DNA of 64,000 bases from Pecten maximus (Eukaryota): positions 6,200,001 to 6,264,000 of the forward strand of contig NC_047017.1 of the NCBI RefSeq assembly GCF_902652985.1. The letters are read 5' to 3'. This document shows positions 1 through 12,690 of the stretch, one piece after another (position 1 is the first letter of the stretch; each line of letters opens with the position of its first letter). The position numbers and the translations under genes were made by a program. The notes below the pieces were generated by a model. That model did no database searches. It saw only the letters and a program-made list of their open reading frames with translations, and had not been told where the DNA came from.

Positions 1-504
1 TTTAGTGGTTAGCAAGAATAATACAACAATAATACCTTGAACAAAATTTGTTGTATTTATATTCGTAGTTCCATAGCAACCACAAAACAATGAAGTTTAT
101 ACACAATAAATGTTTTATGTTATACTGTATAACATATATTGTTACACAATTTAACAAACAATTGGCACTTATTTATGAAATTGTAATTAAACATCATTTG
201 TACTTATACATGTAATGGTAAGTGAAGTGAGTGCAAGTTCGATTGTGTCAAGCTACGTAAACAAGCCCAGGCGCTTGATTAGCTTTTTATTGTGCTCAAA
301 ATATCATCAGAATTTTAAAACTGTAATTGGGCTTCATTTTAACACATGACGCAAAAAAGTATATTTTACCCACCTAGTATGATTTGAAAAGAAGAAATAA
401 CTATAAAGAGGAGGGGACACTTGTTAGGGAGGGAATTATGACGGTTGTCCCGGCCATTGTTATTATTGTTTATATAACCAATCTGTGTACATTCTTACTT
501 TCAG

Positions 505-3500
505 AATCCGGGATCTCCGGAGGGAATTATGTTAGAAGATTTAAAACGCATCGGCTCAAGTAAGTTCATCAAATCTAATGTAGTTATTCTTTTAAATGTT
601 AAACCAGCTCCAGTCGCTCATCAGGTTGAATATTATTCTAATAAAAGGGTTGATGCCCGAATTACAGCTTGATTTTAAGTAAAATGTTTTTTTTTTTGTT
701 TCTTTTTTGAAGCTTTGAAGACTGTCCTGAGCCAAAAATGTCAAGATTTCCCAGTCGATATTACGGTAGCACAGATCCGAACACAGTCCCTCAACAGCTC
801 CCAGTAAGTAGACTGTTCTATAAATAGTTAATATGGGAAGAGGGAGGGTTGGGCAGGGAAGTATGGATACAGATCCGCACATAATCTTTCAACAGTACCG
901 AGTAAGTAGGATGTTGATACAGATCACAGTCCCTCAACAGTACCGAGTAAGTAGGATGTTGATACAGATCACAGTCCCACAACAGTACCGAGTAAGTAGG
1001 ATGTTGATACAGATCACAGTCCCACAACAGTACCGAGTAAGTAGGATGTTGATACAGATCACAGTCCCACAACAGTACCGAGTAAGTAGGATGTTGATAT
1101 AGATCACAATCCCTCAACAGTACCCAGTAAGTAGGATGTTGATACAGATCACAGTCCCTCAACAGTACCCAGTAAGTAGGATGTTGATACAGATTCACAC
1201 ACAGTCCCTCAACAGTACCGAGTAAGTAGGATGTTCAAGAAGTACATTATATAGTGACAGGGAGGGATGGGCACAGATTCCCAACACAATCCCTCAATAG
1301 TGAACCCAGTCAGTATGCTGTTCCAGAAACAGTTCACACGTAATGTAACATATGGGAAGAGGGAAGGGTAGGGGAGGGAGGTATGGTCACATCTCCCAGC
1401 ACAGTCCCTCAACAATACCCAGAGAGTAGGCTGTTCTAGAAATACACATACAGTAACACAGAGAGCATTTAGCAGAAGTTTTTCTGTACTAGTTTTGTCC
1501 GGATATTTGTCCCAGTTGCTGTTGTTGCTTGACTAGTATGTTTAAAATGAAGATTGAAGATTAAATCTGATAGAAATTGTACGATTCTGAGTTAACTTAC
1601 ATTCTCTCTGTTGTTAGATTCGCAAATTCTCCAGATCTTGATGAAGAAAAACAAGAAGGCAGAGGTATGTATATGACAATGAATACAATAAAAACTCATT
1701 GAAAAAGTGAAATAATTTAAAATTTAATTGATTATGTCGTTTAAATTCACATCATTTTGCTGTATATTGAATGAAATACTGGTACTGCCTTTGTTTTGCA
1801 TTAATCAGTAACTTGCTATCGAAATTTACTGTAAAATGCAGACAAAAGCAAAATAATTTCTATTTATACATTCTGATTCTGCATATAAAAACTAGGGCAT
1901 ATTCTAATAAAAATGCATATCTTATGGGAGGACTCCAGAAAAAAAACATTCTAGGCATGGTGGATACTGGAGACAACACAGCTTATTATAATGATAGTGT
2001 TTGAACTACCTCTATGGTTGGTCCCTGTTGGTATAATGATAGTATTTGAACTACCTCTATGGTTGGTCCCTGTTGGTATAATGATAGTATTTGAACTACC
2101 TCTATGGTTGGTCCCTGTTGGTATAATGATAGTATTTGAACTACCTCTATGGTTGGTCCCTGTTGGTATAATGATAGTATTTGAACTACCTCTATGGTTG
2201 GTCCCTGTTGGTATAATGATAGTATTTGAACTACCTCTATGGTTGGTCCCTGTTGGTATAATGATAGTGTTTGAACTACCTCTATGGTTGGTCCCTGTTG
2301 GTATAATGATAGTATTTGAACTACCTCTATGGTTGGTCCCTGTTGGTATAATGATAGTATTTGAACTACCTCTATGGTTGGTCCCTGTTGGACAAACCTG
2401 AAGTCTTCCCATTGGGTAGATTTTTTATTGGAAGAGCCCTTAAATCTTGTTTAGTCTCTGTGCTATTAAATCTTTTTGTCGTAGTCAGCATGAAATCTTT
2501 GCACACGTATAACAGACTGCCATTATATATATATAAACTGTATATTTTGTAGCCAATGGTAACCTACTTCCCAAACCTCTTCCTGTGGAGGGTATGCCCA
2601 CACTGACCATCAGGATTGAGAAGATTTGTCTGAAGGACGCCCGCCAGTTTATAGATCCCTACATCACTGTATCCGTGAAAGGTAAACAGTACAGTCATTT
2701 ATCCTGCAACTGCCACCGCATTGTCGGAATACACCCATCATATATATTTTTGCTGTATACGGCAGTGACGGGAAACAGCTGTATTTGGGAATCTTAACAC
2801 GTGCATCAATTCGACTGACCTACTTCCAAGTGAAACAATGTTTAAAAGGGGAACATATTTGGATTATTGTTGATACCGTTTCACTTCAAAAAGATTATTT
2901 CTGATGATTGTTGCAGGATAAATAGAATACATGGTCAGTGTCTTAAAATATAAGCTGTATTTTTGGCTCGGTACAGAAAGACAAAATAGGGCTGATATTT
3001 TAAGACACTGACCATGTATTCTCTATGTATCATTCATCCAAACAGTAATATGGATATTTTGCAGGAACTTTGGGGTAGGACTGTTCCAAAATTATCCCTG
3101 TTAGGGGGAAGGGAGGGATGGATGATATTTTTTCAGAGACCCCAGTATATGTCAAGAATACTAGAAAAATGAGAATTTAACCCCTATACCACCGATCAAA
3201 TATCAAAACATATTTAGTGTCAATAATGGAATACTAGAAGAATCAGATTTTACTCCCAGCACCTGTCAGATTTTAATACAAGTGCCTCCTACCCCTCCCA
3301 CCCCTCCCACATGGGTAATGCTGGAAAAGCCCTTACAATATGGAATATTAATTGATAAACAATTAACTTTATTAGTGGTATATCAAAAACCAATTTATAC
3401 ATGGTGTATACGTACCTGTAATCAGAAACATTGATTTGACATGGGTCCGATTCAGTAAAAAGTTTTGTTTGTGTAAAATTGTCATCAAAATCAAACTTTC

Positions 3501-6361
3501 AAAAGTTACATATTGTTTATATTTCTTAGCTGATAAAGCAGGCTTTAAGTAGACTTAATGCTATTGTCATGATAAATTCCTCTGATATTCACATTTGAAA
3601 CAATGTCAGAATTCAAGTGTCATGTAGTCAATAATTACATTAGATTATCATGATCAGCCAAGACTACTATCAGTAATTACTGAAAAGTGGCTTAAGGTTT
3701 TCCTAATTACATGTACTTCCTATGTTATTGATTATGGATTTATTCTGAATCGGATCAGATGTTTGATAGCAGTTAATTGATAATGGACCAATTCCTAGTT
3801 TTACGTTTTGGACCAGTTCTGAGTTAAAATTTTTGGACCAATTCCCAGTTCTTCTTTTTAGATCTATTCCACGTTCTAATTTTTGGACCAATTCCAAGTT
3901 CTAATCTTTAGACCAATTTCCAGCTCTACTTTTTTTAACCAATTCCCAGTTCTACTTTTTGGACCAGTTCTGAGTTCTTTATTTTGGACCAACTTTATTT
4001 TGGACCAACTTTATTTTGGACTAATTCCCAGCTCTACTTAACATGCTTCAGATTTACTACAGTTGGCTTGGTTTTATTTACAGTAACTTAAAGTCTTAAT
4101 TCATCTGCTAAAATGGGAAAACCCTAAGGGCAATGATAGCTGTATACTAAACCATTAGTTTCTGTAATATGACATTGCCCTAACTGCAGAAATATAATAA
4201 CATAATTGTGGTACCTCTTCAGACTCCTTGGGATGCAATCTGATGGCCCCACAGGAAACCCCTGTGGCCACAAGGAAAGAAAGCCAGCAGATCATCTTCA
4301 ATATGGACGTGTACATACAGAAATGGATCGACAGCCTTCCCTCAGGTTAGTTCCGAGTCACATACTGTTGCTGTAGCCATTTATATCATACTTATCTATA
4401 TGTGTACAATTCACATCCATGTAAGTATATGTACTTTGCGATCCAGGTATTCATATCATCTAATGGATGATTAGTCACTGTGATCATGTCAGGATATCGG
4501 GCCGACCATCACTGTGCCATTGAAACGTTCTTTATGTAAGAACGTGGATGTGGCACAGTGGTATAAACTGTTGGTATAACTGACTAGGCGATTAGGTGCC
4601 ATAGATATGAGTTTGAGGTTTGGTTTATTTTGTTTAACGTCCTATTAACAGCCAGAGTCATTTAAGGACATGCCAGGTTTTGAGTTAGGGGAAAGCCAGA
4701 GTACCAAGAGAAAAACCACCGGCCTACAGTCAGTACCAGGCCCCTGCCCCACATGGGTTTCGAACTCGCGACCCAGTGGTGGAGAGCTAGTAATATAGTG
4801 TCGGACACATTAACCACTCGGCCACCGCAGCCTCCTGAGTTTGAGGCTCGGTCAGGGCATGAATCATAAAATTGTCTTCCTTCATCATTTGTATTACATG
4901 TTATAATCTAATTATGTGTAGATCCGAAAGTTAAAGATTTTAATTTCCTGTTGTAGTTCTACTGTGCTAATTATATCTATTTAAGGATATAATGGTGTAT
5001 CTGTTTGTTACTCCATAGTTCTGGTTTTAGCCCCTATATTGTCAACCAAGCACCTGTTGAATGAGACTTTTGTTACAGTAGTCCTTTGAGTCTTTGACCT
5101 TGGACAATGTCAAGTTGGAACAATGTCAAACTCTAACATTACTATGTACAATGTCCAACTCTAACATTACTATGTACAAAAATGAGGGTTATTTCTGGTT
5201 ACAGTTTGTATTTCAGGTAACTGTATTTGAGAGATTGAACTGCTTGGAAATCTGTCTTTTCATCTTTTTAATTATGCTTATTTCCACCGAGAGGGCTTTG
5301 TATACCACTAGGTATTTCTTGAGACCTAAACGATGAACAACACTACTCCATTTTATTTTCTGAACACTAAGAAGGATTTTCTTCTTTTTATTTAGCATTT
5401 TAACACAAAGTACTTTAGTTTGATTTGAAAGTATGTGATCTTATTTAGATACAACACTAAAATAATTATGCACTCAGGTTAGATTTAAATGCAACAAGTG
5501 ACTGTTGCAGGTCTGGTAGGCCTCTTGCATCTTCAATTAGTCATATACAGATGTAGTTTCCTCCCAGCTCAACATCCTACAAATCTTATTTACACTCTGT
5601 ATTTCTTTTACTTCAGGCTTTGCCATATTTTTTGAGTTCAAACACTACAAGCCTAAGAAGTCCGCAACCAGTGTGAAGTGTTGGGCGTGTATGGAGAAGG
5701 ACGAAATCAAAGAAGGAAATGTGGCCCTGGAACTGTACGTAAATTCTTAACCTAATGTGGAACTTCAAAGTTATAAAACATTAACTCTAAAATTAAAATC
5801 AAATCCATGTCATTATAAACCGCACAACCTCTTAACACTGAGGTCAATCCTATAAACATTGTAATTATTGATTATTATCCTTATAAATAGAACTGGTTAA
5901 TATCTTATTTGTCAGGGGTTAATTAAGTAAGTAATACTATGTACAGTGTAATACATTATATTCTCTGGTTCAGTTCTAGACAAAAAAGGAAGAAACAAAG
6001 AAAAAAATGAAAATTGTAGTTGTTTAAGGCAAAAACAAAATTGTACATTAGAATTCCCCCTTGGCTTTCAACATTTGCAATCAGAAAGATCTGAATATGG
6101 AAACCGGTACTTTGAACATTAAAACAAAATTTGTTAAAAGTCATGTGAACCTTGTGTCATTCTTTTGCAAGTGACTTTTTTCAGTTTTTTCCAGTATATT
6201 ACAGAATTGTATATGGACCTTTAGCGTACATTTCATCAATTTTATTTCGTTTTATAATTTTTTTCAGATACAAGAAGCCAGCTGATTACAAGAGAAAAAA
6301 CATCCGCCTCCTAACAGTTAAACCACTGTTTCTACATATCAAGCTTTTGTTCAATGTGTAA
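505..6361 (+). CDS. AIDA: Axin interactor, dorsalization-associated protein (AIDA), 3' portion; earlier exons lie upstream of the window
   Basis: GT-AG exons 505-559, 713-803, 1618-1664, 2553-2681, 4223-4345, 5617-5734, 6268-6361 join in frame. Segments LEDLKRIG, GNLLPKPLPVEGMPTLTIRIEKICLKDARQFIDPYITVSVKD, QETPVATRKE, FAIFFEFKHYKPKK and ELYKKPADYKRKNIRLLTVKPLFLH match the AIDA C2 domain as recalled from vertebrate AIDA (TLLTIRIEKIGLKDAGQCIDPYITVSVKD; AIFFEFKHYKPKK). Confidence 0.95.
866..1234. repeat. 45-bp minisatellite (about 8 units) in an AIDA intron, derived from the exon end and splice donor
   Basis: Unit gatacagatcacagtccc(t/a)caacagtaccgagtaagtaggatgtt; more degenerate, longer copies continue to about 1440. 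Confidence 0.95.
1988..2391. repeat. 45-bp minisatellite, 9 near-identical units
   Basis: Unit ataatgatagt(a/g)tttgaactacctctatggttggtccctgttggt, with no spacers between units. Confidence 0.97.
2697..3022 (-). mobile_element. Non-autonomous hairpin element (MITE or Helentron-associated-like)
   Basis: Core bounded by inverted repeats atttatcctgcaac/gttgcaggataaat, followed by a long palindrome agaatacatggtcagtgtcttaaaatat...atattttaagacactgaccatgtattct. The same family occurs in the opposite orientation in Rab copies 3-5. Confidence 0.75.
3786..4040. repeat. Degenerate tandem repeat of ttttggaccaattcccagttct-like units
   Basis: Recurring ttttggacca motif with a variable spacer. Confidence 0.75.
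4545..4898 (+). mobile_element. tRNA-derived SINE (family B), interrupted by a second SINE
   Basis: A-box-like tggcacagtgg near 4551 and B-box-like gagtttgagg. The 3' part (4836-4898) matches the reverse complement of 19574-19652. Confidence 0.55.
4619..4835 (-). mobile_element. Full-length tRNA-derived SINE (family A) with 11-bp TSD
   Basis: On the minus strand: A box TGGCCGAGTGG, B box GAGTTCGAAAC and an AAACC-like tail. Direct repeat tgagtttgagg at 4608-4618 and 4836-4846. Homologues at 52693-52889 and 56712-56768. Confidence 0.85.
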
Positions 6362-6569
6362 TCATTCTGTTTGGTCTAATTAACAAAATTTGTATTTAAT
6401 TTCTCAAAAAGCTATTTATACGTCTATGTGATGGAACCAATCTTATTAGATCTCTCAAGTGTATTGCTTTAAAATCTGTCAAATATGCCCTTTATCCTCC
6501 AATGTCATGTCCAGTCTGATTATTATGGCCATTCAGATGTCGGATATGACAAGTTTATTTCACATATAG

Positions 6570-6840
6570 GGTGTGTTCCACAGGGATCAATTTGTTTAGT
6601 CCCGCAAGGTGTTAGATTAGAAAGGTAAATCTGACCTAGTTCTTGAGTCCCTCCGTATGTCAGATTAGACAGGTTAATGTGACATTTTGTTAAGTCCCAC
6701 AGGGTATCGGATAAAACAGGTTTATCTGACCAATTTTTCTTAGTCCCACAGGATGTCAGATTAGACAGGTTTATCTGACCAATTTGTTGAGTCCCACAGG
6801 GTGTCAGATTAGACAGTTAATCTGACCAATATGTTGAGTC
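6570..6840. repeat. Degenerate tandem repeat of about 48-50 bp downstream of the AIDA stop
   Basis: Repeats of gtcccacagggtgtcagattagacaggtttatctgaccaattt. Confidence 0.8.
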
Positions 6841-7010
6841 AATTTATATATCATTATTTAAAGGAAAACTATTTAGTTGTACAGATAATAGAAGCCTTAT
6901 GTCTAGTAAGAATAGACAAAATATGCTTTGATGTCATGATGTTGAGTCTGGGAAATATCTTGCATAGTCATACAACATATTTTCAAATCTCTGTTTCTGC
7001 AAACAAATTT

Positions 7011-7410
7011 CATGGTGATCACTCCTCATGGTAACCAGTCCACATGGTAACTGGTCTTCATGGTAACCAGTCCACATGGTAACCAGTCTGCATGGTAACC
7101 AGTCCACATGGTAACTGGTCCTCATGGTAACCAGTCCACATGGTAACCAGTCATTATGGTAACTGGCCAGCATTCTGATCAATCCCAATGGTAACCAGTC
7201 CACATGGTAACCAGTCCTCATAGTAATCAGTCCACATGGTAACCAGTCTTCATGGTAACCAGTCCTCATGGTAACCAGTCCTCATAGTAATCAGTCCACA
7301 TGGTAACCAGTCTTCATGGTAACCAGTCCTCATGGTAACCAGTCCACATGGTAACATACCTTATGGTAACCAGTCCTCACGGTAACTGGTCCGCATGGTG
7401 ACCAATCCTC
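7011..7410. repeat. 16-bp minisatellite (catggtaaccagtcc(a/t))n
   Basis: More than 20 imperfect tandem units; explains the spurious ORF 6934-7269. Confidence 0.92.
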
Positions 7411-10400
7411 AACCGTCTGCAGAGACAGAATTACTGTAAATTGTTATATTTTCTTACCAGTTTTATTATCAATTTTTAAACCAGAGGAAAACTTCAATAC
7501 AATGTGTCATAATTTTTTTTTAAACCTGACATAAACAACAGACAAGGGAAGAGTTGATAGCAAGCTGTTTGTTTTAATGGACAAGAAGTTGAAGATTTAA
7601 TTGGATGATGATATAACAATATACAGTTCTATACTACCTGTAATATTTTATTGCCAAAAGAATATACATATATATATATATATACTGCCATGTAGTTAGG
7701 AATGTTGTATAATAATAAAATTTTATTTTGTTTTATGTTGGTCTAGTAGTGATGTTATTTGGAAGATGAGATCTTTGTTTTCATTGTTAACTGTTGTTGT
7801 AGATTTTCTGTTTTTGATTTGGTTGTGATTTAATGAAGTTTTTAAAACACATAATGATGGCATCAATATTCCTGGTTTTATTTTAGTCATTATTTTGTCA
7901 CTGCAAATTTTGATTTAATTTGCAGGTATTGCGGCAATTCCAGCATATTTTAAAGTTATCTACATTTTGTATGATAATTTCCCTGTTTTACATATTTTCC
8001 TGCAGAAAGTATTCTTGGACAGCTTTCTGTAGTATAAAATTGTTGAGGGCATGGGTACAATTGATTTTGTTGTTGAAACGACACACATTCCAGGTAGAAC
8101 AAGAAAATGTCCTATATATTTGTTACCTGCATTGAAGATATAAATTAGGCATTGATGTCAATTCTTTTTAGTTTCATTGTGGTATGAAAAAAAAAACTGG
8201 TTTGCAAACTGTATGAGTCCCTATAACTATTGACATCAACATTTATGATTAATTTTTTAAATTGATTTTTAAAATTAAAACATGTTTTATGTACAGTTTA
8301 ACTGATCTTATAAGGGATTCTCTTTAACAAATCAATACGTAACGTCAATGGCCGTATAGTGACGTCACATTTTTCGCGCCATTTTCAGATATTTTTCTTT
8401 GCATAGAGGTATGAAAATATTCTCAACCAATCAGAAAGCTGCATTCTGTGTACAAACAATGGAAAATTAATTATGATATGAACGAATTTTCTCAGAATTG
8501 ATAATTATTTTTTTGGCTGATTAAAAGAAAATATGAGTATACGTACAATTTATATTGTATAAGCAGTGTATGAAAATAAAATGAAGCTTACATATGTAGG
8601 AGAATTATAAACAGTTTTAAACTCGGAGAATAACCACTCAATAACAGTCTTGTTCTGTTTGGTCAATTTTGTCAACTATCATAATTTTGTAATTTTGTAC
8701 ATTTCTACTTGTGTGTTTTTACATTTGATTTACATCCTGTTAGATCAGACAAACAGTTCTGTGAAAAGATAATTGTATTACAGGTAGTTTTTCAGACTTG
8801 TTATTTTGTACTTTGTATTTTGTAAAGGTATAAACTTTTTAATTGCTTAAAAGTCAATCTGTCCAATGAATTTGCGGCTAATTTTTGGCCTGTAATTTTT
8901 TTCACAAAAATATTTAGTGCCTTTACTACCGTGCCTTTTCAAATTTTGTTTCACACAAAATTTTGTTCAGATGAATTTTCTTTGAAAATCAAAAACCCTC
9001 CAGTGCCTTTTTATAATTCTTTGAATTTCATGTAATTTATAATACACTTTAAATTGTATGTACAAAAAGTTTACCATTAAAATTTTAACTTTTTATTTTT
9101 TAGAATTTATCTTATATTTACTATTTTTATGAAAACTATTCCTTTATCTATAGGTATTGTTTATATTTTAAGATTAATAATGAGAATTTGATTTTTCAAT
9201 TTAATTTTATAATAGAATATTCATGGTGAGAAATCAATTTCTTTTCAATTTGATTTTATATTTCAAAAATAATGTTGAGAATTTGATTTCTTTTCAATTT
9301 AATCTTGATTTTAAAATTCATGTTGAGAATTTGATTTCTTTTCAATTTAATTTCTTTTTCCTGGTGTCATTATATTGATTCCTCTGAATAATTTGAAGAA
9401 TCAATTCTACCGCTGCCATTACAATTACAATTCTTAATTGAATTATTACAATTACAATTCTTAATTGAATTATTTCTTCATAATTTTTTCAACAAGTTGA
9501 ATTTTGTGGAATTAATTGATACTATAAAATCTGTATAAAATCAAAATTACTATCTAATGAATTAAATATAAAGTAAAATTGATTTGATTTGAATTTTTTC
9601 GGTTTTTATAGTGTACACTGTACATGTAATGATTTTTTAAACCAATGTCAGATTATCATTTTGAATTAAATTTATTAAAGGGAGGTAATAAAATTGTCTC
9701 CCATTAATCAGGTATCATTTAAATAGTTTGTATCACATTGCTCAATTTTACGTTTAAAAGTATTTTGTGAAAACTGCTGAGGAATAAATATAAAGTTATG
9801 TTATTTTTACACATATACATGTATTATGTAAAGGCCCTGTGTTTAAAATGTATATTTAATACTGTTAACAAAACATATATATATATTATGTTATTTTAAT
9901 TAACACACAATTAATGCCTTATTCTACACACCAGAAACGTCTTTTTTTAACCTAAAACTTTCTGAATATCTAATGATTGATCCCTTTAGGACTCGCACAA
10001 TTAAATCAGCCAATCAGCTGGTGTTTCATGTGAACCAGTCCCTGAGGAAAATGAGTTTCTTTAGGTTTGTAGCTATTTCCTGAGTAAATAACATATGAAA
10101 TGGGTACTTTCTATATATGAGAATAAAGAGCAGGTTCTTAGAAAATCAAAAATAAACACTCCTACTGAAGATAGAATGATGTAAGGTTCCAGGTGTAAAA
10201 AGCCGGGAATTCCCCAGGTGGGTTCCCGAGTGCACTCTAAATGTCAGGGTTACTGTCTTCCGAGTACCCGTGTGCTCTTATATGCCATTAAACATATACA
10301 ATAACACATTTATCCGATAGAAAAAACTTCAAACTTTAATTTGATATAAATTTCACATCATTTGAACTTTAAACGAGCGAATGAAGGGATGGAGTCACTA

Positions 10401-11749
10401 GTAATAACATATAGTAACATATTTAGTTGTGTGAGCCCTTAATTAGTAAAACAGGATTCACTTATACCAGTATCCAGCTAATCAGATATTCTATAGTAAA
10501 ACCATTAAGAAACTTCATGGCTTCACCAGATGGTCCATTATTTCAATCAGGATTTACAAGGTATTCCTTGGGCATGCAGTCTTCAAAATTGTGAAATCCC
10601 TAACCCTCTCTCACAGGGACTTGGCGTGAGTTCCTAACCTCACAGCATATGTATTTGTATTACATATTATATATAAAGACTTGGGTTGGGATTTGATGTC
10701 AGGCCCCTGTACCCTCTCTTGTTGAAGTATAAGTAGTATACATTCCAACTTTTATATTGTTAGTCCCTACTGTATATCTATATACATACAGTGTATATAC
10801 AATCCACGCTCACATTGTTAATATCTTCACATGTTGTAATTATGCTTTTAAAGATATACTTTATATTAATGGTGATTTTGTTTCATTTAAGAGAAAGTAT
10901 TTAGATTTTTTTTTTAATTTTAATTTCTGGGAAATATTTTCATATTTGAAAGGGAAAGAAAATGAAAAAAATAATTTGTCAGAATATATGGAGTATTGTT
11001 TTCAAAATCTGAAGGTTGTAATAAATTTCTAGTGAGAAGATGGTATGTGAGCAGAACCCATTGACTTTTGGGGATTATCCAAGCTGTTAAAACAAATTTA
11101 GATTTTGAAATGATTGGATGTCAGTAATATATTGTTCTAGAAATCATGTATCTTTTTAAAGAAAAGGGTAGTTGCTTATAGTTAACTGTACAAATTTGTG
11201 TTAACTTGTTTGTTCAAGAATTGATCATATACAAGACTTTTGGCTAAAGTTCAAAATATCTAGCTTTGTCGAAGTCTTAAACTTCAAGAAATAATATGTC
11301 AAATTCACAACATAAAAGAAGTTTTGGACCTGTTAAAGTTACAGATAAATTTTGAAATTCATAGAAATAGCTTGTTTCAGTATCTTTTCAGTTCTGGTTA
11401 CAGATAGATACCTACATTTACCTTTGTGAGGTATTTCATCTATAGGTCTCAATCCACTTTTGTTAAGTATAGGATATTCTATATTTGTTGAATACAGTCA
11501 AATAGTTTTAAGGTATTGTATTTGAAATCTATGTATACATAGTCAAATGTTTTATTTTAATCTTGAGGGAAAACTAAGTTTTTTTATGTAAAGTGAAATT
11601 ATGTGAGTTCAGATGCTAAATATATATGCCTTAATATCTTCCATGTGGACCAGATTTATACACCGCTGTTATTTTACATATGTCCATGTTGTATCATATA
11701 TAATGACTAAAAAATAAATAAGTGTATCATTACATATTGTCGAACATTT

Positions 11750-12690
11750 TATTAGGTCGCTGGAGACATAATCTCAAGTGACCTATTGCAATCTCCTTTT
11801 GTCTTTCATCCATTGTCCGTCTGTAAACAATTTATGATTTCAACTTCTTCTCAATAAGCAAGAGACCCAGGGTCATAATATTGGGCCAGTAGCATGCTTG
11901 AATGAAGGGCTACCAAGTTTGTTCCAAAGAATGACCTAGACCTTTTTCAAGGTCACAGGGATCAAATATGTTGAAATCTTTAAACAGCTTCTTCTCAATA
12001 ACCAGTAAGATCAGGGTCATGATATTGGACCAGTACAGTAGCATGCTGGGCTCACGGACTACCAAGTTTTTCAAATGGATGACCTTGACCTACTTTCAAA
12101 GTCACAGAGGTCAAATGTGTTAAAATCTTTCAATGTATTTTCAACATTGAGCCAGTAGCATGCAAGGATGAAGGCCTTTAAATGACTTACTGGTACTCTC
12201 AATAACCAAGAGGCCAAGGGTCACGATTTTCGTTTGTTCAATCCACAAAAATACATGCCAAGGTCATAACTCGCAGTCATATGTCAGGTAAGTAGGCCTG
12301 TATGTCAGTGTCAGTTTTGTATCTTTTCACCGATAAACATTTTGTTGTGACATAATGAAGTAGAGTAATGTTGTTTGGAATGAAAGAAGGAGTCAACTCA
12401 CCAAGGTCATAGGTCAAGGTTACACAGTGGAAAGTCAAGGTCACCCTTGTCACTTTTTTCCCATTGAGCATGTTGTAATGACATTGAAACAGAGTTAGTC
12501 TGAATTAAACATGAGTTAAGTGATTATAGGCCAAGGTCACTGGGTCAAATGTCAAATTTTGTATTTGTTTCACTGCTTTACTTTTTGTTATGACTTTTTG
12601 AAGCAAAATTAAAAGGAATTAAATAAGACGTCACCTGGCCAAAGATCCAGGTCACGGGTCAAAGGTCAAGGTCATTTGGATCGAAAGTTC
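11750..12690. mobile_element. Degenerate interspersed repeat with internal tandem subrepeats (Helentron-associated/HINE-like)
   Basis: Recurring aaggtcacagg(g/t)caaa, tgaccttgac and cttctcaataaccaagagg motifs. The family assignment is from general resemblance only. Confidence 0.45.

Noticed and set aside
818-1198. Repetitive ORFs on both strands
   Set aside because: Artefact of the 45-bp intronic minisatellite.
1988-2391. CRISPR-like array or repeat protein (ORFs 1951-2412 and 1991-2401)
   Set aside because: The units are contiguous with no unique spacers, the region is a eukaryotic intron, and no cas genes are present. The ORFs arise because the 45-bp unit lacks stops in those frames.
4750-4835. 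tRNA gene
   Set aside because: A and B boxes are present, but the sequence continues into a SINE body and tail with TSDs and has other copies in the window.
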